DNA of 63,024 nt, the filler included, from Octopus bimaculoides (taxonomy: Eukaryota): the NCBI RefSeq assembly GCF_001194135.2. It is 10 parts of 10 records of this genome, joined end to end, with 100 filler letters (N's around TTAATTAATTAA, not from the genome) between each part and the next. Parts side by side here need not be neighbours in the genome. Positions count along the whole stretch, not along the records: positions 4,539 to 17,482 come from NC_068987.1; positions 17,583 to 21,707 come from NW_026323900.1; positions 21,808 to 30,041 come from NC_068997.1; 7 more parts are not named here. One strand, 5' to 3'. The notes under the pieces are model-generated. The model worked only from the letters and a program-made list of their open reading frames with translations. It was not told where the DNA came from and made no database searches. Positions 11,861 to 25,010 of the stretch are shown piece by piece (within the stretch, counting starts at the first letter, position 1; each line of letters starts with the position of its first letter). Made by a program: the position numbers and the translations under genes.

Positions 11861-13939
11861 ATATATACACATATATAAATATGCGTGTGTGTTTTGTGTG
11901 TAGGATGTATATCGGTGGTTCAACGAAATCATCTGCTCCTGAATTAACATGTACGTGTCTGCGCTTTTCACAATCACTTATCTTACAAACGTAGTTCTTT
12001 GGCAAGAACAGCGTTATACAGTACGTGACAAGGCTGTGTCATTTGAATTACAGTTACAATGAAATCGTACAGGTTTCAATAGTGTTGCAGTTAACCTAAT
12101 CTCAGTCGGGAAGAATGATTCGAACCGAACGCAGGCCTTCGAGTTTACAAAATATGAATACAAATTCAAGCAAGTAAGCTGTTTGCTTACGATAGTTGTA
12201 TTATGTGTTTATCCTTCGCTGATATTTCAGAGATATTTCTAGATATAAAACTACGTCTCGAAGTGTGATCAATTTTACTTTTTCATACATACATACATTC
12301 AATACATACATATACATATATGTACACACACATATATATATATACACATATATACATACATACATACATACATACATACATACATACATACATACATACA
12401 TACATACATGCATATATATNNNNNNNNNNNNNNNNNNNNNNNNNNNNNNNNNNNNNNNNNNNNNNNNNNNNNNNNNNNNNNNNNNNNNNNNNNNNNNNNN
12501 NNNNNNNNNNNNNNNNNNNNNNNNNNNNNNNNNNNNNNNNNNNNNNNNNNNNNNNNNNNNNNNNNNNNNNNNNNNNNNNNNNNNNNNNNNNNNNNNNNNN
12601 NNNNNNNNNNNNNNNNNNNNNNNNNNNNNNNNNNNNNNNNNNNNNNNNNNNNNNNNNNNNNNNNNNNNNNNNNNNNNNNNNNNNNNNNNNNNNNNNNNNN
12701 NNNNNNNNNNNNNNNNNNNNNNNNNNNNNNNNNNNNNNNNNNNNNNNNNNNNNNNNNNNNNNNNNNNNNNNNNNNNNNNNNNNNNNNNNNNNNNNNNNNN
12801 NNNNNNNNNNNNNNNNNNNNNNNNNNNNNNNNNNNNNNNNNNNNNNNNNNNNNNNNNNNNNNNNNNNNNNNNNNNNNNNNNNNNNNNNNNNNNNNNATCT
12901 AATAGGGCCCTTCCAATGGATCCTTCTATCCACTGCATATTTTTAATATTTTATTTAAACAACCCAAGGGAAATAACCCATACCACCTGCAGATTTTAGC
13001 GAAGCGATCAATATTTGATTCTCGCGATCAGCCGACCTAATTCTGCATTTCACTACTCATTGCTAAACATTATTATTGCACTTCCCTAATTTGAATCTTA
13101 AACATTAAAGACTTCATTCATACATTTCTATACATACATACGTTTTTGAATGACCATTACTCGATAACTCTGCATTTTTACAGTTACACTTTTTCCATGA
13201 CAGTAGATACATTTTTTATTCCACAACGTATTCATGCAGGCATAGCGTAGATTCGATCTTCGATTGCCAAATTTCACTTAACACTTCAACAGCGCTTTTC
13301 TCACGGTAAAACAATAGTTTTTCTGTGAATGACAGTAGTTATATATTTCCCAGATGCCTTCGCTAAGCAGAATAATGTCTTTGCCTCTCACCAACCTCCG
13401 ACAATCTTTCTCGCCAACCTCCGAAAACCTCTATCGCAAACATCCAACAATCTCTCCTTGTTCCAGCTGACAGTTTTTTGTACTTTTTCGTGACGGAAAA
13501 TGCACCTTTTGTGGCAGTTATAACGAATTTCCTTTCTTATATCAGAGTAATAAGGCGTTTCAATAGAACATCTTTACCCCCGGGAATTACCGGGTACACC
13601 AGCTAGTGATTAAATAAGTACATTTGTTCTTTCCTAAATAGAGCATTTACCAAACAGGTTTGAATGAGTTTCTGGTCTATTTTCTCGAACCCTTCAAACA
13701 TGTCACTTTAGCTGACGAATGCTCTATTTAGCATGAAAACTCATATAGCAATAAATATCATTTCTCAGCACAATATATTTAGTACACTTTTGTTTGCTTA
13801 TGAAGGCAATAAGAAATTACTATAAGATACACACATACATACAAACAAACATACATACATACATTCATACATACATACGGACAGATATATGTGTGTGTGT
13901 GTGTGTGTGTATGCGCATATGTATATGTACGTATGTATG

Positions 13940-13970
<31 letters not shown>

Positions 13971-15597
13971 GTATGTACGTATGTATGTGTGTGTACGTAT
14001 GTATGTGTGTGTACGTATGTATATATTAATTCATATACGAACATATATCTCTCTCTTTGCCTATATATATATATATAATAGAGACAGGAAATGAAAGAGT
14101 GAGAGACAGGGAGGTGCGCTTGCATAAAAGTTGAGCACACACACACACACACACACACAAACAAGAGTGTCTCTGTGGTAACTTGTGCTACTACAAATAG
14201 CAGTCAAATCTCTCTTCAAAGACATCCTTTCATCAAAAGAAAGACATATTTACAGTATTTCAAGAAGAAAAAAAAACTATGCAATGAGTTTGTTACATCA
14301 GAAGCAACTCTGGGCTAAACAAAACACAGACAAACATACTTCACATTAAAAGATTATCTACTAAATAACATGACTGTATATCTTTGTAGTTTCATTCCCT
14401 GGCAAAACTCCATGTATTTTAAACATTTTCTCATTATACTCTGTGTAAGACAAAATTTGTTCAGTCAGAGTTTCTTCCCTTAGCTAAAGACCTCAAAATT
14501 GTGTAACCCGACCTCGTTTTCGAGATTATTTTTGTCGTTAAAATGAGTTGTTGTGCTATAAACACACTTTATCTTGTAGCCGAAAGATTACTGAATCTTT
14601 TGATACTTCATACGTCAAAGCCGACAACTCAGTTTTCGTATCCATAAGGAACACGCACGTGTGCTCGCGCGCGTACTCTGTTTTATTATATAAGAAGATA
14701 AAGTGCAACGCCGGCTTGGCTGGAAGAAAATATATAGTAGTGAAAGTAATGTTTTTGCATTAAACAGACATGTAGATAAGTTCTAAATGAAAAATGCTGG
14801 CAGTTGCTTCGAAGGTTCGGTTAACCTGCCTTTAATAGACCGATTGTTCTTCAAATGAATCCGGAACTGTTTTATTTATAACTATACTTAAAAATATATA
14901 CATGACCAGTTTTCCGGATTCTGTGAGGCTTATATTTCACCCCACTGGACAGGACATTGGCCCGTCGCAGGTTTCCTCATTTTTGCAAGCTGGGTGAACG
15001 GGAACAACGTGAAATGAATACGTCTCCACTCTTCCATTGCCATAGGGCTTTTAAGTAGATGGTTTGACAAATGCGATCACCCTAAAGAGAGATCTATGCA
15101 TCATTAGATTATAGCGATAAACGCTTATACAACACGAGTACCACTCTCTGAGTGTCTGTGATTAGTACATAGTTACCGGCCGAAGCGAGATGTGCTATAA
15201 TTACCTGAAATCGTAAATTTTACATCAGAACCCTCCTCTCCTAATTCCTGGTAGTTTTAATGCGCGCTCATCACATATGGTAGTTAGCCCCCGCCTGAAA
15301 CCCTGACTAGTGTTACTACTCCGAGTCAGAGTAAAGCTGGGAACAATGGAATCTAAGGAGCATTTCCAAACTACTTTTGACCTAGGAACTTCCGAACCAG
15401 GGCTCCCACTACCGGATGCAGCTTAACATATAGGCATAGGCATGCATAAACATAGGCATGCATACGTCAGTACATACAGACATAGACATATAAATACATA
15501 CATACATACATACATACATACGTACATACATACATACATACATACATACATACATACATACAGAAGTTACACACATAAATACATAAAGACATACATA

Positions 15598-16008
15598 GGC
15601 GCAGGAGTGACTGTGTGGTAAGTAGCTTGCTTAGGAACCATATGGTTCCGGGTTCAGTCCCACTGCGTGGCACCTTAGGCAAGTGTCTTCTACTATAGCC
15701 TCGGGCCAACAAAAACCTTGTAAGTGGATTTAGTAGACGGAAACTGAAAGAACCCCGTCGTATATATGTATATGGATATATATATATGTGTGTTTGTTTG
15801 TGTATCTGTGTTTGTCCCCCCCAACATCGCTTGACAACCGATGGTGGTGTGTTTACATCCCCGTAAACTAGCGGTTCGGCAAAAGTTACCGATAGAATAA
15901 GTACTAGGCTTACAAAGAATAAGTCCTTGGGTCGATTTGCTCGACTAAAAGTGGTGCACCAGCATGGCCACAGTCAAATGACTGAAACAAGTAAAAGAGT
16001 AAAAGAGA
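15598..16008 (+). mobile_element. Full-length SINE family A with CR1/L2-type tail
   Basis: Head, core, internal (TA/TG)n, then ...gcttgacaaccgatg...gactaaaagtggtgcaccagcatggccacagtcaaatgactgaaacaagtaaaagagtaaaagag. Confidence 0.93.
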
Positions 16009-16866
16009 GAGTATACATACATACATGCTCATAATGCAGAACACCATACATGCAGGCAGATATGCATGCAAGCAGACATACACACGTGCGTCATGTATAA
16101 ACGAACGGAAATAATATATTAAACACAAATTAATAGAAAACAAACCAATGAACAAAACAAAACAATTATCAAACAACTTTAAAAATAAAACAAACGGGGA
16201 AAATAACCACGAAAGAAATAACATTATATTTAATAGATTAATCAAAGAGTCAACAAAAGTCGAAACAAACAGAATGAAACAAAATATTCCGAAACAGCCA
16301 TACACACACATACACACACAAATATATATATATATATATATATATANNNNNNNNNNNNNNNNNNNNNNNNNNNNNNNNNNNNNNNNNNNNNNNNNNNNNN
16401 NNNNNNNNNNNNNNNNNNNNNNNNNNNNNNNNNNNNNNNNNNNNNNNNNNNNNNNNNNNNNNNNNNNNNNNNNNNNNNNNNNNNNNNNNNNNNNNNNNNN
16501 NNNNNNNNNNNNNNNNNNNNNNNNNNNNNNNNNNNNNNNNNNNNNNNNNNNNNNNNNNNNNNNNNNNNNNNNNNNNNNNNNNNNNNNNNNNNNNNNNNNN
16601 NNNNNNNNNNNNNNNNNNNNNNNNNNNNNNNNNNNNNNNNNNNNNNNNNNNNNNNNNNNNNNNNNNNNNNNNNNNNNNNNNNNNNNNNNNNNNNNNNNNN
16701 NNNNNNNNNNNNNNNNNNNNNNNNNNNNNNNNNNNNNNNNNNNNNNNNNGGCCATATTAACTTCACTAAGAGGATGAAAATGACGGATTTTCTGTCGTCT
16801 GCTAATTTTTTTCCCATTCTCCCACCTCTCTCTCTTTCTCTCTCTCTCCCTCTATTTCAATTATTA

Positions 16867-16907
<41 letters not shown>

Positions 16908-17599
16908 TTTTTTCGCCCCTGTTCTCTCCTACTTTAGAAATTCTTATTTTGTGTCCTCGTATGTTGTTGCATTGAGAAAATTGCTATATAATTAGTGAAA
17001 TATTTAGGGGATGTGAAAAAAAAAAAAAATCCCCACCACATACTCACACACTCGCACACTTTCACTATCATGTATGTGTAGGCAAACGTGTGGTGATTGT
17101 ATGCGTGCGTGTGGGTGTGTATATGCGTGTAGTGACAGGTAAAAATGCTTCTCTATGTATGTGTAAGTATGCATGAATTTATTAAATACACACACACACA
17201 CACACATGTGCATAGGTTTGTATGATTGTGCGTGTGTGTGTGCAGGTGTGTGTGCGTGTATGTTGAAGTGCAAAGGTGTTCCCATATATGTGCATTAACC
17301 TATTTGCATACATCTGTACAGGTCACGTATACATATACGCTAACAGACACGCGCTCACACGTATATATGAATAGTATATGATTAAGAGAAATCAATCTAT
17401 CTCCCGCTATATGCTGTACACATTAGTTTGTATGAATATAATAAATGCATGCACACACACACACACATCCATGCATATATATNNNNNNNNNNNNNNNNNN
17501 NNNNNNNNNNNNNNNNNNNNNNNNNNTTAATTAATTAANNNNNNNNNNNNNNNNNNNNNNNNNNNNNNNNNNNNNNNNNNNNCTGGAACAAATTTACTA

Positions 17600-18200
17600 C
17601 GAGGGTGGGCTGAAAAGTTCATAGGATGATTACGAAGGAGAGATGCTAGAGCTGTGAAATCTTGCATGCATTGTTTCCATTCTTAATAACAGCATTGCTT
17701 CATTCCAGGTAAACTCATATCTGACCCTTCATGAAGATTTCAAATGTAACTAGTAACAACAATAGACATGACGTCATCATCACTACAATACTAATTTCCA
17801 GCAAAGTAGGTTTTACTCGGGGAAAAGATGATAGTCAGATAGGACTAAATCAAGGAAAGTTGGGAGGTGATCAAAAAGTTAAAAGCCACAGTAACGCACA
17901 ACAGCTCTTGAAACAAAGGGCTTGCGTCCTGGAGCATTGTACTGATGAAACATTACCCTTTTCGTCAGTTTTCCTGGACTTGATAGCGTTTCGTAACTTC
18001 TGGTGCAGATCACGTAATACTTTTCATTGACAGTGTGATCCATTCTAAGATAGTCAATAAACGCAGTACCTTTTGTATTCTCAAAATCTGAGGCCAATTT
18101 CTTCTTTGCAGACGAAACAACCTTGGCTTTCTTTGGAGCATATGAGTATGGGTGTTCCCTTTGCATGGATTGTCTCTTTGTCTCTGGTGGAGCCAACACT
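17600..18200 (-). mobile_element. Degenerate mariner element (irritans/Himar-like transposase fragment plus right TIR)
   Basis: PETKRQSMQREHPYSYAPKKAKVVSSAKKKLASDFENTKGTAFIDYL...PGKLTKRVMFHQYNAP mirrors the mariner PETKRQSMQW..KKAKV..SAGKVMASVFWD..GVLFHQDNAP block; TA-CGAGGGTGGGCTGAAAAGTTC terminus at 17598-17620. Confidence 0.88.
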
Positions 18201-20496
18201 CAACATAGGCTAGGAAACGTTTATGGAAACCAGCTGGTTGTGTCTAAATGTTAGATTTTCTCGTGATATGACCAGCCTGATGCGTTTTAGATCAGGATCC
18301 ATAAAACTAGCATGCACCGAGCATGCCATGGTTATTTTGCTAGTTTTCAGAGCGTCAAGCAGAGCAAAGTTTAAGGCAGAATCTAATTAACTAAATATCT
18401 CATGTAATCGCATTTTACGTTCCACTGACTTTGTCCAAGCTACTGATTGTTAATTTATTACACGGCCAGACGTAAAACTCGTTAAAATCTCAGTTCTTGA
18501 TCAGAAAATAATTTCATCAATCAGAAATTTAAGAAGACAAAGTTGATTTCGGTGAGAATTGATCACAAAGTAGTGGACTGTTGGTAGTCATATTATGAGA
18601 CTTTTACTGACTCAAACAAAATAATAATTTAATAACATACGCAGGAGTTTTCATACGTTAAGGAAAGGGATAAGACTTGACTTGACTGTATATCATCGTC
18701 CCACTGATGAGTGGAAGTTAACATCGACTTGGCCCTAATCAAACGAGGAACAAAAAGCCTTAACTAAATACCACAAGATTAGGAACATTCCCTCAGTCCA
18801 CCAGTTCATAGCTACAACACAAAACGAATACATAAATAAAAAAGAGAAGTAATAAGTGGAATGTAAATGTTATTCTAGTTTTTCTTACCTGTTACAAACA
18901 ACAGGAAAGCGAAGATGATTAATGTTCTTTGCATCATGGTCGCCTTTTGGACAATTGCCAGAACAGAAACTGAATCTGGAAGGATTTACCATCGATATTT
19001 ATACATTTGGTGAACAATTGAAACGAACTTCAAAACGTGTGTGATGGGAATATCTCACGAAAATTATTAAGAAAACAAAAGATGCAAATTAAGACTGACA
19101 AATATCAAAATAAATGCAAATATCTGAAGGTTATTTTTAATCATATTCTTTTGTTTGTAGAAACTTTAATTGTTTTCATTAAGCAAACTGGATTGGTGGC
19201 GTTGGAAATAATCATGTTTTGTAATACCTGATAGCAATACCATTATNNNNNNNNNNNNNNNNNNNNNNNNNNNNNNNNNNNNNNNNNNNNNNNNNNNNNN
19301 NNNNNNNNNNNNNNNNNNNNNNNNNNNNNNNNNNNNNNNNNNNNNNNNNNNNNNNNNNNNNNNNNNNNNNNNNNNNNNNNNNNNNNNNNNNNNNNNNNNN
19401 NNNNNNNNNNNNNNNNNNNNNNNNNNNNNNNNNNNNNNNNNNNNNNNNNNNNNNNNNNNNNNNNNNNNNNNNNNNNNNNNNNNNNNNNNNNNNNNNNNNN
19501 NNNNNNNNNNNNNNNNNNNNNNNNNNNNNNNNNNNNNNNNNNNNNNNNNNNNNNNNNNNNNNNNNNNNNNNNNNNNNNNNNNNNNNNNNNNNNNNNNNNN
19601 NNNNNNNNNNNNNNNNNNNNNNNNNNNNNNNNNNNNNNNNNNNNNNNNNNNNNNNNNNNNNNNNNNNNNNNNNNNNNNNNNNNNNNNNNNNNNNNNNNNN
19701 NNNNNNNNNNNNNNNNNNNNNNNNNNNNNNNNNNNNNNNNNNNNNNNNNNNNNNNNNNNNNNNNNNNNNNNNNNNNNNNNNNNNNNNNNNNNNNNNNNNN
19801 NNNNNNNNNNNNNNNNNNNNNNNNNNNATAAGACTGCTCAGACCAGGAGTTTTCAACCGGAGTACATATAAAAAATTTTAAGGGTCCACAGATGCAATAT
19901 AGTAAATTGTGAGTTCAGGGAAAATTTTCAGGGTCATAAAAAATTGTGCTTTAGACCAGTAGTTTCCAATGTGGATCCTGTCTTCTAACTTTCCAATTAC
20001 GCACTCTCAGACTTACAAACTTGTTTTATAAAGATGTCCTGAAAAATGTTGCTAGAAAACCTGTCTTTACTTAAAAGACAATGAAAAAATAATTAAAAAA
20101 CCCAAATATTTATCTATGAAGCTGGGTATAAAATTCCCCAGGGAATTCCCGAGAAAAGGGAAAGAAATAATACTTTGCAAATACAATATCAACAACAATG
20201 ATGCTGAGAACAGCTGCAACAACAAAATAAAAAAAGTGCACGCTCACATAGAGGCAAACCTATCATTTACTATCTACTGGAACAAATATTTCAGTCTGAT
20301 ACAGCATGCATTTGTGCACAATAGCGTCGTTTAATATTGCAAGGATGTGCTAGCTCTCTTCTGGCGCCTGTTATAAGTCTCCGTTCTACAACAATGAAAA
20401 TAACATGATGAACGCTACCCAAACTCTATCATAGTATATGTGCATCTATGTGTATGTAGAAAGAATATAAGATACACACATCTATCTATCTATCTG

Positions 20497-20569
<73 letters not shown>

Positions 20570-20699
20570 TACTGATTAGATGTCTGGATTAAAATTAATG
20601 GAAAAATGTGGATAACGTATGATTAACAAGAATGAAGTGGGGACGTGGGGACACAACAAGCCACGTGCTATCACTAATCACTTTTTTTTATTTGTCTGT

Positions 20700-21707
20700 A
20701 GATGTTTGTGCTCAAGTTTGGTCGTTCACGCTCATCAAACGCGCCACTGTCATCAATCTTACTGCAAACTTCGTCCGTAGGAGGTATTTTCTCTCCACCC
20801 TTATTTTCCTTTTTAGTTGGTGTTTAAAATGGTTTATCAAACCAAAGCTGGAGAGAAAGATACCTGTAGCAATTCCTTTCACGCGTGTCAACTATACGAT
20901 CTCTTTTGCGACAGCCACTAAGCAGAGAAAAGTTACCTGCCTTTTCTCGTTGAGAGAAGGCGATGGAACGATCGTGATAAAGGACTCAGTTGACAGCTGT
21001 ACCCTACCTATGCGTGACAGCAGGTATCCGACATAAAGTCATAGCTCTGATATCCGAAAGCACTGTACGATTGTGTGCAGAACAGTTCCACTTCTCTGCT
21101 CGCATCCGGACATATCAGCGTGGTAGAACTACCATGTCTAAAAAGCTTGTCTCGAACGGGTAATGCTCCTCGGTAGCACTGACAGGCCAGGGATTTCCGA
21201 TAGTTATTCATAGGCTCCGGTTCGAAAGTCCTCGGAACAGACTGGCAAGTTGACTCTCATCGAAACCCAGAGTCTTCCCTAGGACGTCATCACACGTGCC
21301 TGTAACCAACCCTCTATAAAGGACAAGGTGGAACCCCTACTGCTCGCTTTACCCGTCTGGGAGACAGGCGAGAGGGCCTGACGGCACTCCGCTTGCCACG
21401 CAACCCACCTAGTTCTACGTCTGATCTCCGGATTCAGCTAACTAAAGGAGGTGAGCTGAGCTATGGGAAAACAAGCTTAGCGAACGATGACCACACCTGC
21501 TCACCATCTAGGTAGAGCCAGAGATGTCTCAGTCGCAGTGCATGCCTGCACATTTTAGCCAAGTTATCCCTATCTCCGCATTTAGTGGCTGTTACAGCAG
21601 ATAGAGCATCTGACCAGTGGAAATTCTGCCTCTCCACAAAAAACGGAAGTGCAGGCGTCTGGCTTGAGCAGCCACGAATCTGGACCAAGCACGACAGTTA
21701 GGCGGTA
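20700..21707 (-). mobile_element. L1/Tx1-group LINE 3' fragment, diverged relative of 54720-57680
   Basis: KMCRHALRLRHLWLYLDGEQVW parallels MCKHALMLRHLWRYLEGDKVW at 55600; frameshifted CP(R)CEQRSGTVLHTIVQC knuckle; colinear nucleotide similarity with 54800-55700. Confidence 0.82.
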
Positions 21708-21830
21708 NNNNNNNNNNNNNNNNNNNNNNNNNNNNNNNNNNNNNNNNNNNNTTAATTAATTAANNNNNNNNNNNNNNNNNNNNNNNNNNNNNNNNNNNNN
21801 NNNNNNNTAGCATCAATTTCAGTGGGGAGG

Positions 21831-22095
21831 TGTTATATGGACTGTTAGATATGTAATTCGTCTGACGTTCCGTGTGTAATGTGGTTCGTCTGAGTTCATT
21901 GTTTCATTGTTGTTGTCTTGTGGGACTGTCGTAGTAAAAGGTCATTGATATATATATGGTGGACATGACTTTTGTTTATTCATAACGAACATTGGGTGAG
22001 TGCGTTCGTTGTATGTAATTGAACAATAAATGTAATAATTAAATTGTATAACTCGTTATGTTATCTCTGCGAGTCAGTCCGAGGGAAACATAACA
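21831..22095 (+). mobile_element. LTR (3' LTR of an LTR retrotransposon; internal part lost or in the gap)
   Basis: Polypurine tract agtggggagg (21821-21830) directly before TGTTAT; ends ATAACA (22090-22095); AATAAA at 22025-22030. Confidence 0.75.
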
Positions 22096-22359
22096 AGAGG
22101 AAACCAAACAGCATGAGCCTGTGGCGTGATATGGTTTTCTCGCTTGTTCTACTATAAAAACCTCTCATCCCCAATGGAAACCGTTTTGGTCAGTTAATTG
22201 CAGAGTGTTGAAGGTTTGAAGGTTACTGACTGGCTTGCGCTTCTTCTCTTGCCATGCTAACGCTTCTGGACATTTGTGTAGACAACTCAGGTTCTCGGAC
22301 AGACCCATTCTGTACGATCTCACAATGTCTCATAAGTAACTTCTACGAGTGCAACATGG

Positions 22360-22404
<45 letters not shown>

Positions 22405-22439
22405 AGAGCAATTATTAATGTTGTTCATTGTAATTCACC

Positions 22440-23100
22440 AACACCAATATCTTATAGGCAACGCTATTTGAAGCAAGTTCGCAAGCCGCAAAATATCCGT
22501 TGGGAGTCAATGACAGTTATCTCTCCTGTCGAATGTTCTAGAACAAACCAATCGAAATTGGTTAGCTCCCCCTTTATAAGCTTAGAAGGCGTAACTGCTA
22601 AACGACACACAAGAGGGCGTTAGAAGCATATCGCCTACTTAAGAGCGTATTCCGATTGAACTTGCTCACTTTTTCTCTGCGACACGACAAGGTCAACTTC
22701 GGAGAGAGAGCCAGGCACATGGATTCGATATTCATTTCCTACCAGCAACTCGCTATGGTATTCTACGCCTAGTGCCTGTGGAAAGTAAATTTTGTAGCTT
22801 GAATTACTTCTATTTTCTCATTGTCATCATGGAACTTGGCAAGATGTTCGGAACCTTCTCTTCATCCCAGATAACCTTATTGAACATTGTGTATACACTG
22901 CATGAGTTTGTTTACTACGCATCTGAATAAGACCTTGGACACGAAGTTGTTCGCACACGGACACGAGTGTTGTTGTCACTTACTGCACCAGAGGCATTTC
23001 ACAGCCATTGGATTAATGACTCAGTCAAATTATCAAAGTGTTGACGTCTTCATTAGCGACATCTCTCGCTAAAATCTTTATGTTCGGCAATAAATATTTC
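22440..23100 (-). pseudogene. Ancient, multiply frameshifted LINE reverse-transcriptase remnant (RTE-like)
   Basis: Ordered relic motifs across frames: RRQHFDNL, MFNKVIWDEEKVP, LLSTG, GIRS..GDML, and tttgttctagaacattcgacagg = FV(D)LE(K)AFDR. Confidence 0.5.
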
Positions 23101-23799
23101 AGTCAAACGTTTGTGACGAAATATATCTTCATTAAGTACCTCAACTCGAGCGATGGCACCCTGACGATTTATTATCTCAGTGGTAATTGCAAAATGTTTC
23201 AAATAACTCGTTTTTAAAAGTTGAACTCGAAATAGCTGACGCTATATTAGCATGTAAATATTAGGTTAAAATTACAATGGTCGAAAATAGTCGAAGCCAA
23301 CAGTTGAATTCGAACCCGTATCCTCTGTAAAAATGACAGGCCTTCTGTCCTTATACCAAATAGATTCTTCGAATTTCTTTGTTCAGAAGCTTTGTTCTTA
23401 CCAGCGAGAATTGTACGTTGTTTACATAATGACAATTTAGACATTCTGAGAGATATGAAATAATTTTAATGGTGGAACTCGAATCAGAAGAAGCTTCTAA
23501 ATATTGGGTTAAAAAATACTCTTGGAAGAAAAAATTCGGAAAGCTTTTAAGCGCCTAAAGAAATCCGTCTATGCCCTGAATGTATTTTATATGTATTTAA
23601 AATGTATTTTATAAACATGTCATGTTTATATTATGTACTTCAAGCGCCAATATTGTTTAACATTTATTTTCTTTATATCTTCACTGACGGCACAGATTTA
23701 TAAATAGATCTTAAACAAAACGATATGGAATAAGTTTTAAAATTTCGAAATTATTTATGTAAAGGAAGCAAGGCAAAAACGGAATAAGAACGTAACGGA

Positions 23800-24010
23800 C
23801 GACAATAAAAACATACGGACAGATGGACGATACAAAGACAGACAGGAAAAACCAGGACGGAACATTCGTGGCTTTCTTTCATCAGTCAAGCTTCCAATCA
23901 TCATTACAGTTTCCGCCGGTTACGCTTGAGACTGTTCAAAATTGGTAAGCCCCAAAAATCTAAGCTAAGGGCATTAAATTTTTGGAAGAAAGCAAGAAAA
24001 AGAAAACGGA
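23800..24010 (-). repeat. Dispersed repeat related to 600-790
   Basis: See 600-790; contains ctgatga...gaatg....gtc on the minus strand. Confidence 0.5.
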
Positions 24011-24479
24011 GAAAATAAAACACGATTACAAATACAAACAACAAGAACAACAACAGGTGTCTTTCGACTAATAAGAACAAGTTATATTGGGTTGGTGTGG
24101 TGTGGTGTGGTGTAAAGTGGAAGCGTTAAGGCACAAACATAAATGAAAGTCAAGAGACAGGAAAATAAGGTGTTGTACGAGCGGCAGTCAAGCGAAGAAA
24201 GAAAGATCGTGCTTGACCGAACACCGATTACATGGGAGGAAGAGAAAGAGGTAGGAGACAGAGGGATTGAAAAATTAAGCAAGGAACTGCAGAGAGAGAG
24301 GGGGGAAGGACAGAGGGAAAGGTACGAGGGCTCGGCCTTATGGCTAAGATCATTATCAACAGACGAAAGTAGAGAGATTCAATCTTTTGATACAGGTACG
24401 TAAAATGGCCGACCCCCAAAATAGTCACCTGGTGTTGTATCCGCTGAGAGCGAATCGATTCGAGCGGATCGACCTCCTT

Positions 24480-25010
24480 ACTTACTTTTTAAAGCCTGGT
24501 ACTAGTCTGTTGCTGCCATTTGTCAAACCGCCAAGGTATTGAGATTGAGACGTAAACACACCAACACTGGTTGTCAAGCAGTAGTGGGAAACAATCACCT
24601 GGTTCCGCGTTCAGTCCCACTGCATGCACCTTGGGCTAGCCTCGGGCTGACCAAAGCCCTATGAGTGGATTTGGTAGTCGGAAACTGAAAGAAGCCTGTA
24701 AAAGAGACCGATAGAATCAGTTCTAGGCTTACAAAGAATAAGTCCTGGGAAGGTCGATTTCTTCGATTAAAAAAACCCTTTAAGGCGGTGCTCCAGCATG
24801 GTCGCAGTCAAATGACTGAAACAAGTAAAAGAATAAATATATACACACACTACGAGCTTCTTTCATTTTCCGTCTACTAAATCCTTTCAAAAGGATTTGA
24901 TCAGTCTGAGGCTATAGAAGAAGACATTTGCCTAAGGTGCCACGCAGTGGGACTGAACCCGGAACCATGTGGTTGAAAAACAAACTTCTTACCACACAGC
25001 CACGCCCGAC
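24480..25010 (-). mobile_element. SINE family A (minus) interrupted by a plus-strand, internally deleted family A copy at about 24599-24835
   Basis: 3' half 24480-24598 and 5' half 24850-25010 on minus; plus-strand head-core-tail between them. Confidence 0.75.

Noticed and set aside
13140-13500. Faint resemblance to a Merlin/IS1595-type transposase (VFGG, CWMF)
   Set aside because: Motifs scattered across frames with no catalytic residues or TIR identifiable by eye
19845-19980. hAT-like terminal strings (caggagttttcaacc, cagtagtttccaa)
   Set aside because: Both in the same orientation, no matching inverted end or 8-bp TSD; too degraded to call
22450-22800. Cadherin/protocadherin-like look of FVLEHSTGEITV and EVDLVVSQR on the minus strand
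   Set aside because: No DxD, LDRE or DxNDN motifs; the same bases are better explained as frameshifted FVDLEKAFDR of a LINE RT
23290-23360. tRNA-Asp-like string (gcctgtca, ggttcgaattc) on minus; likewise all SINE heads
   Set aside because: No acceptor stem or complete cloverleaf; SINE heads are tRNA-derived, not tRNA genes
24143-24403. 86-aa charged ORF with a GTACGT donor nearby
   Set aside because: Purine-rich low-complexity sequence, no recognisable domain
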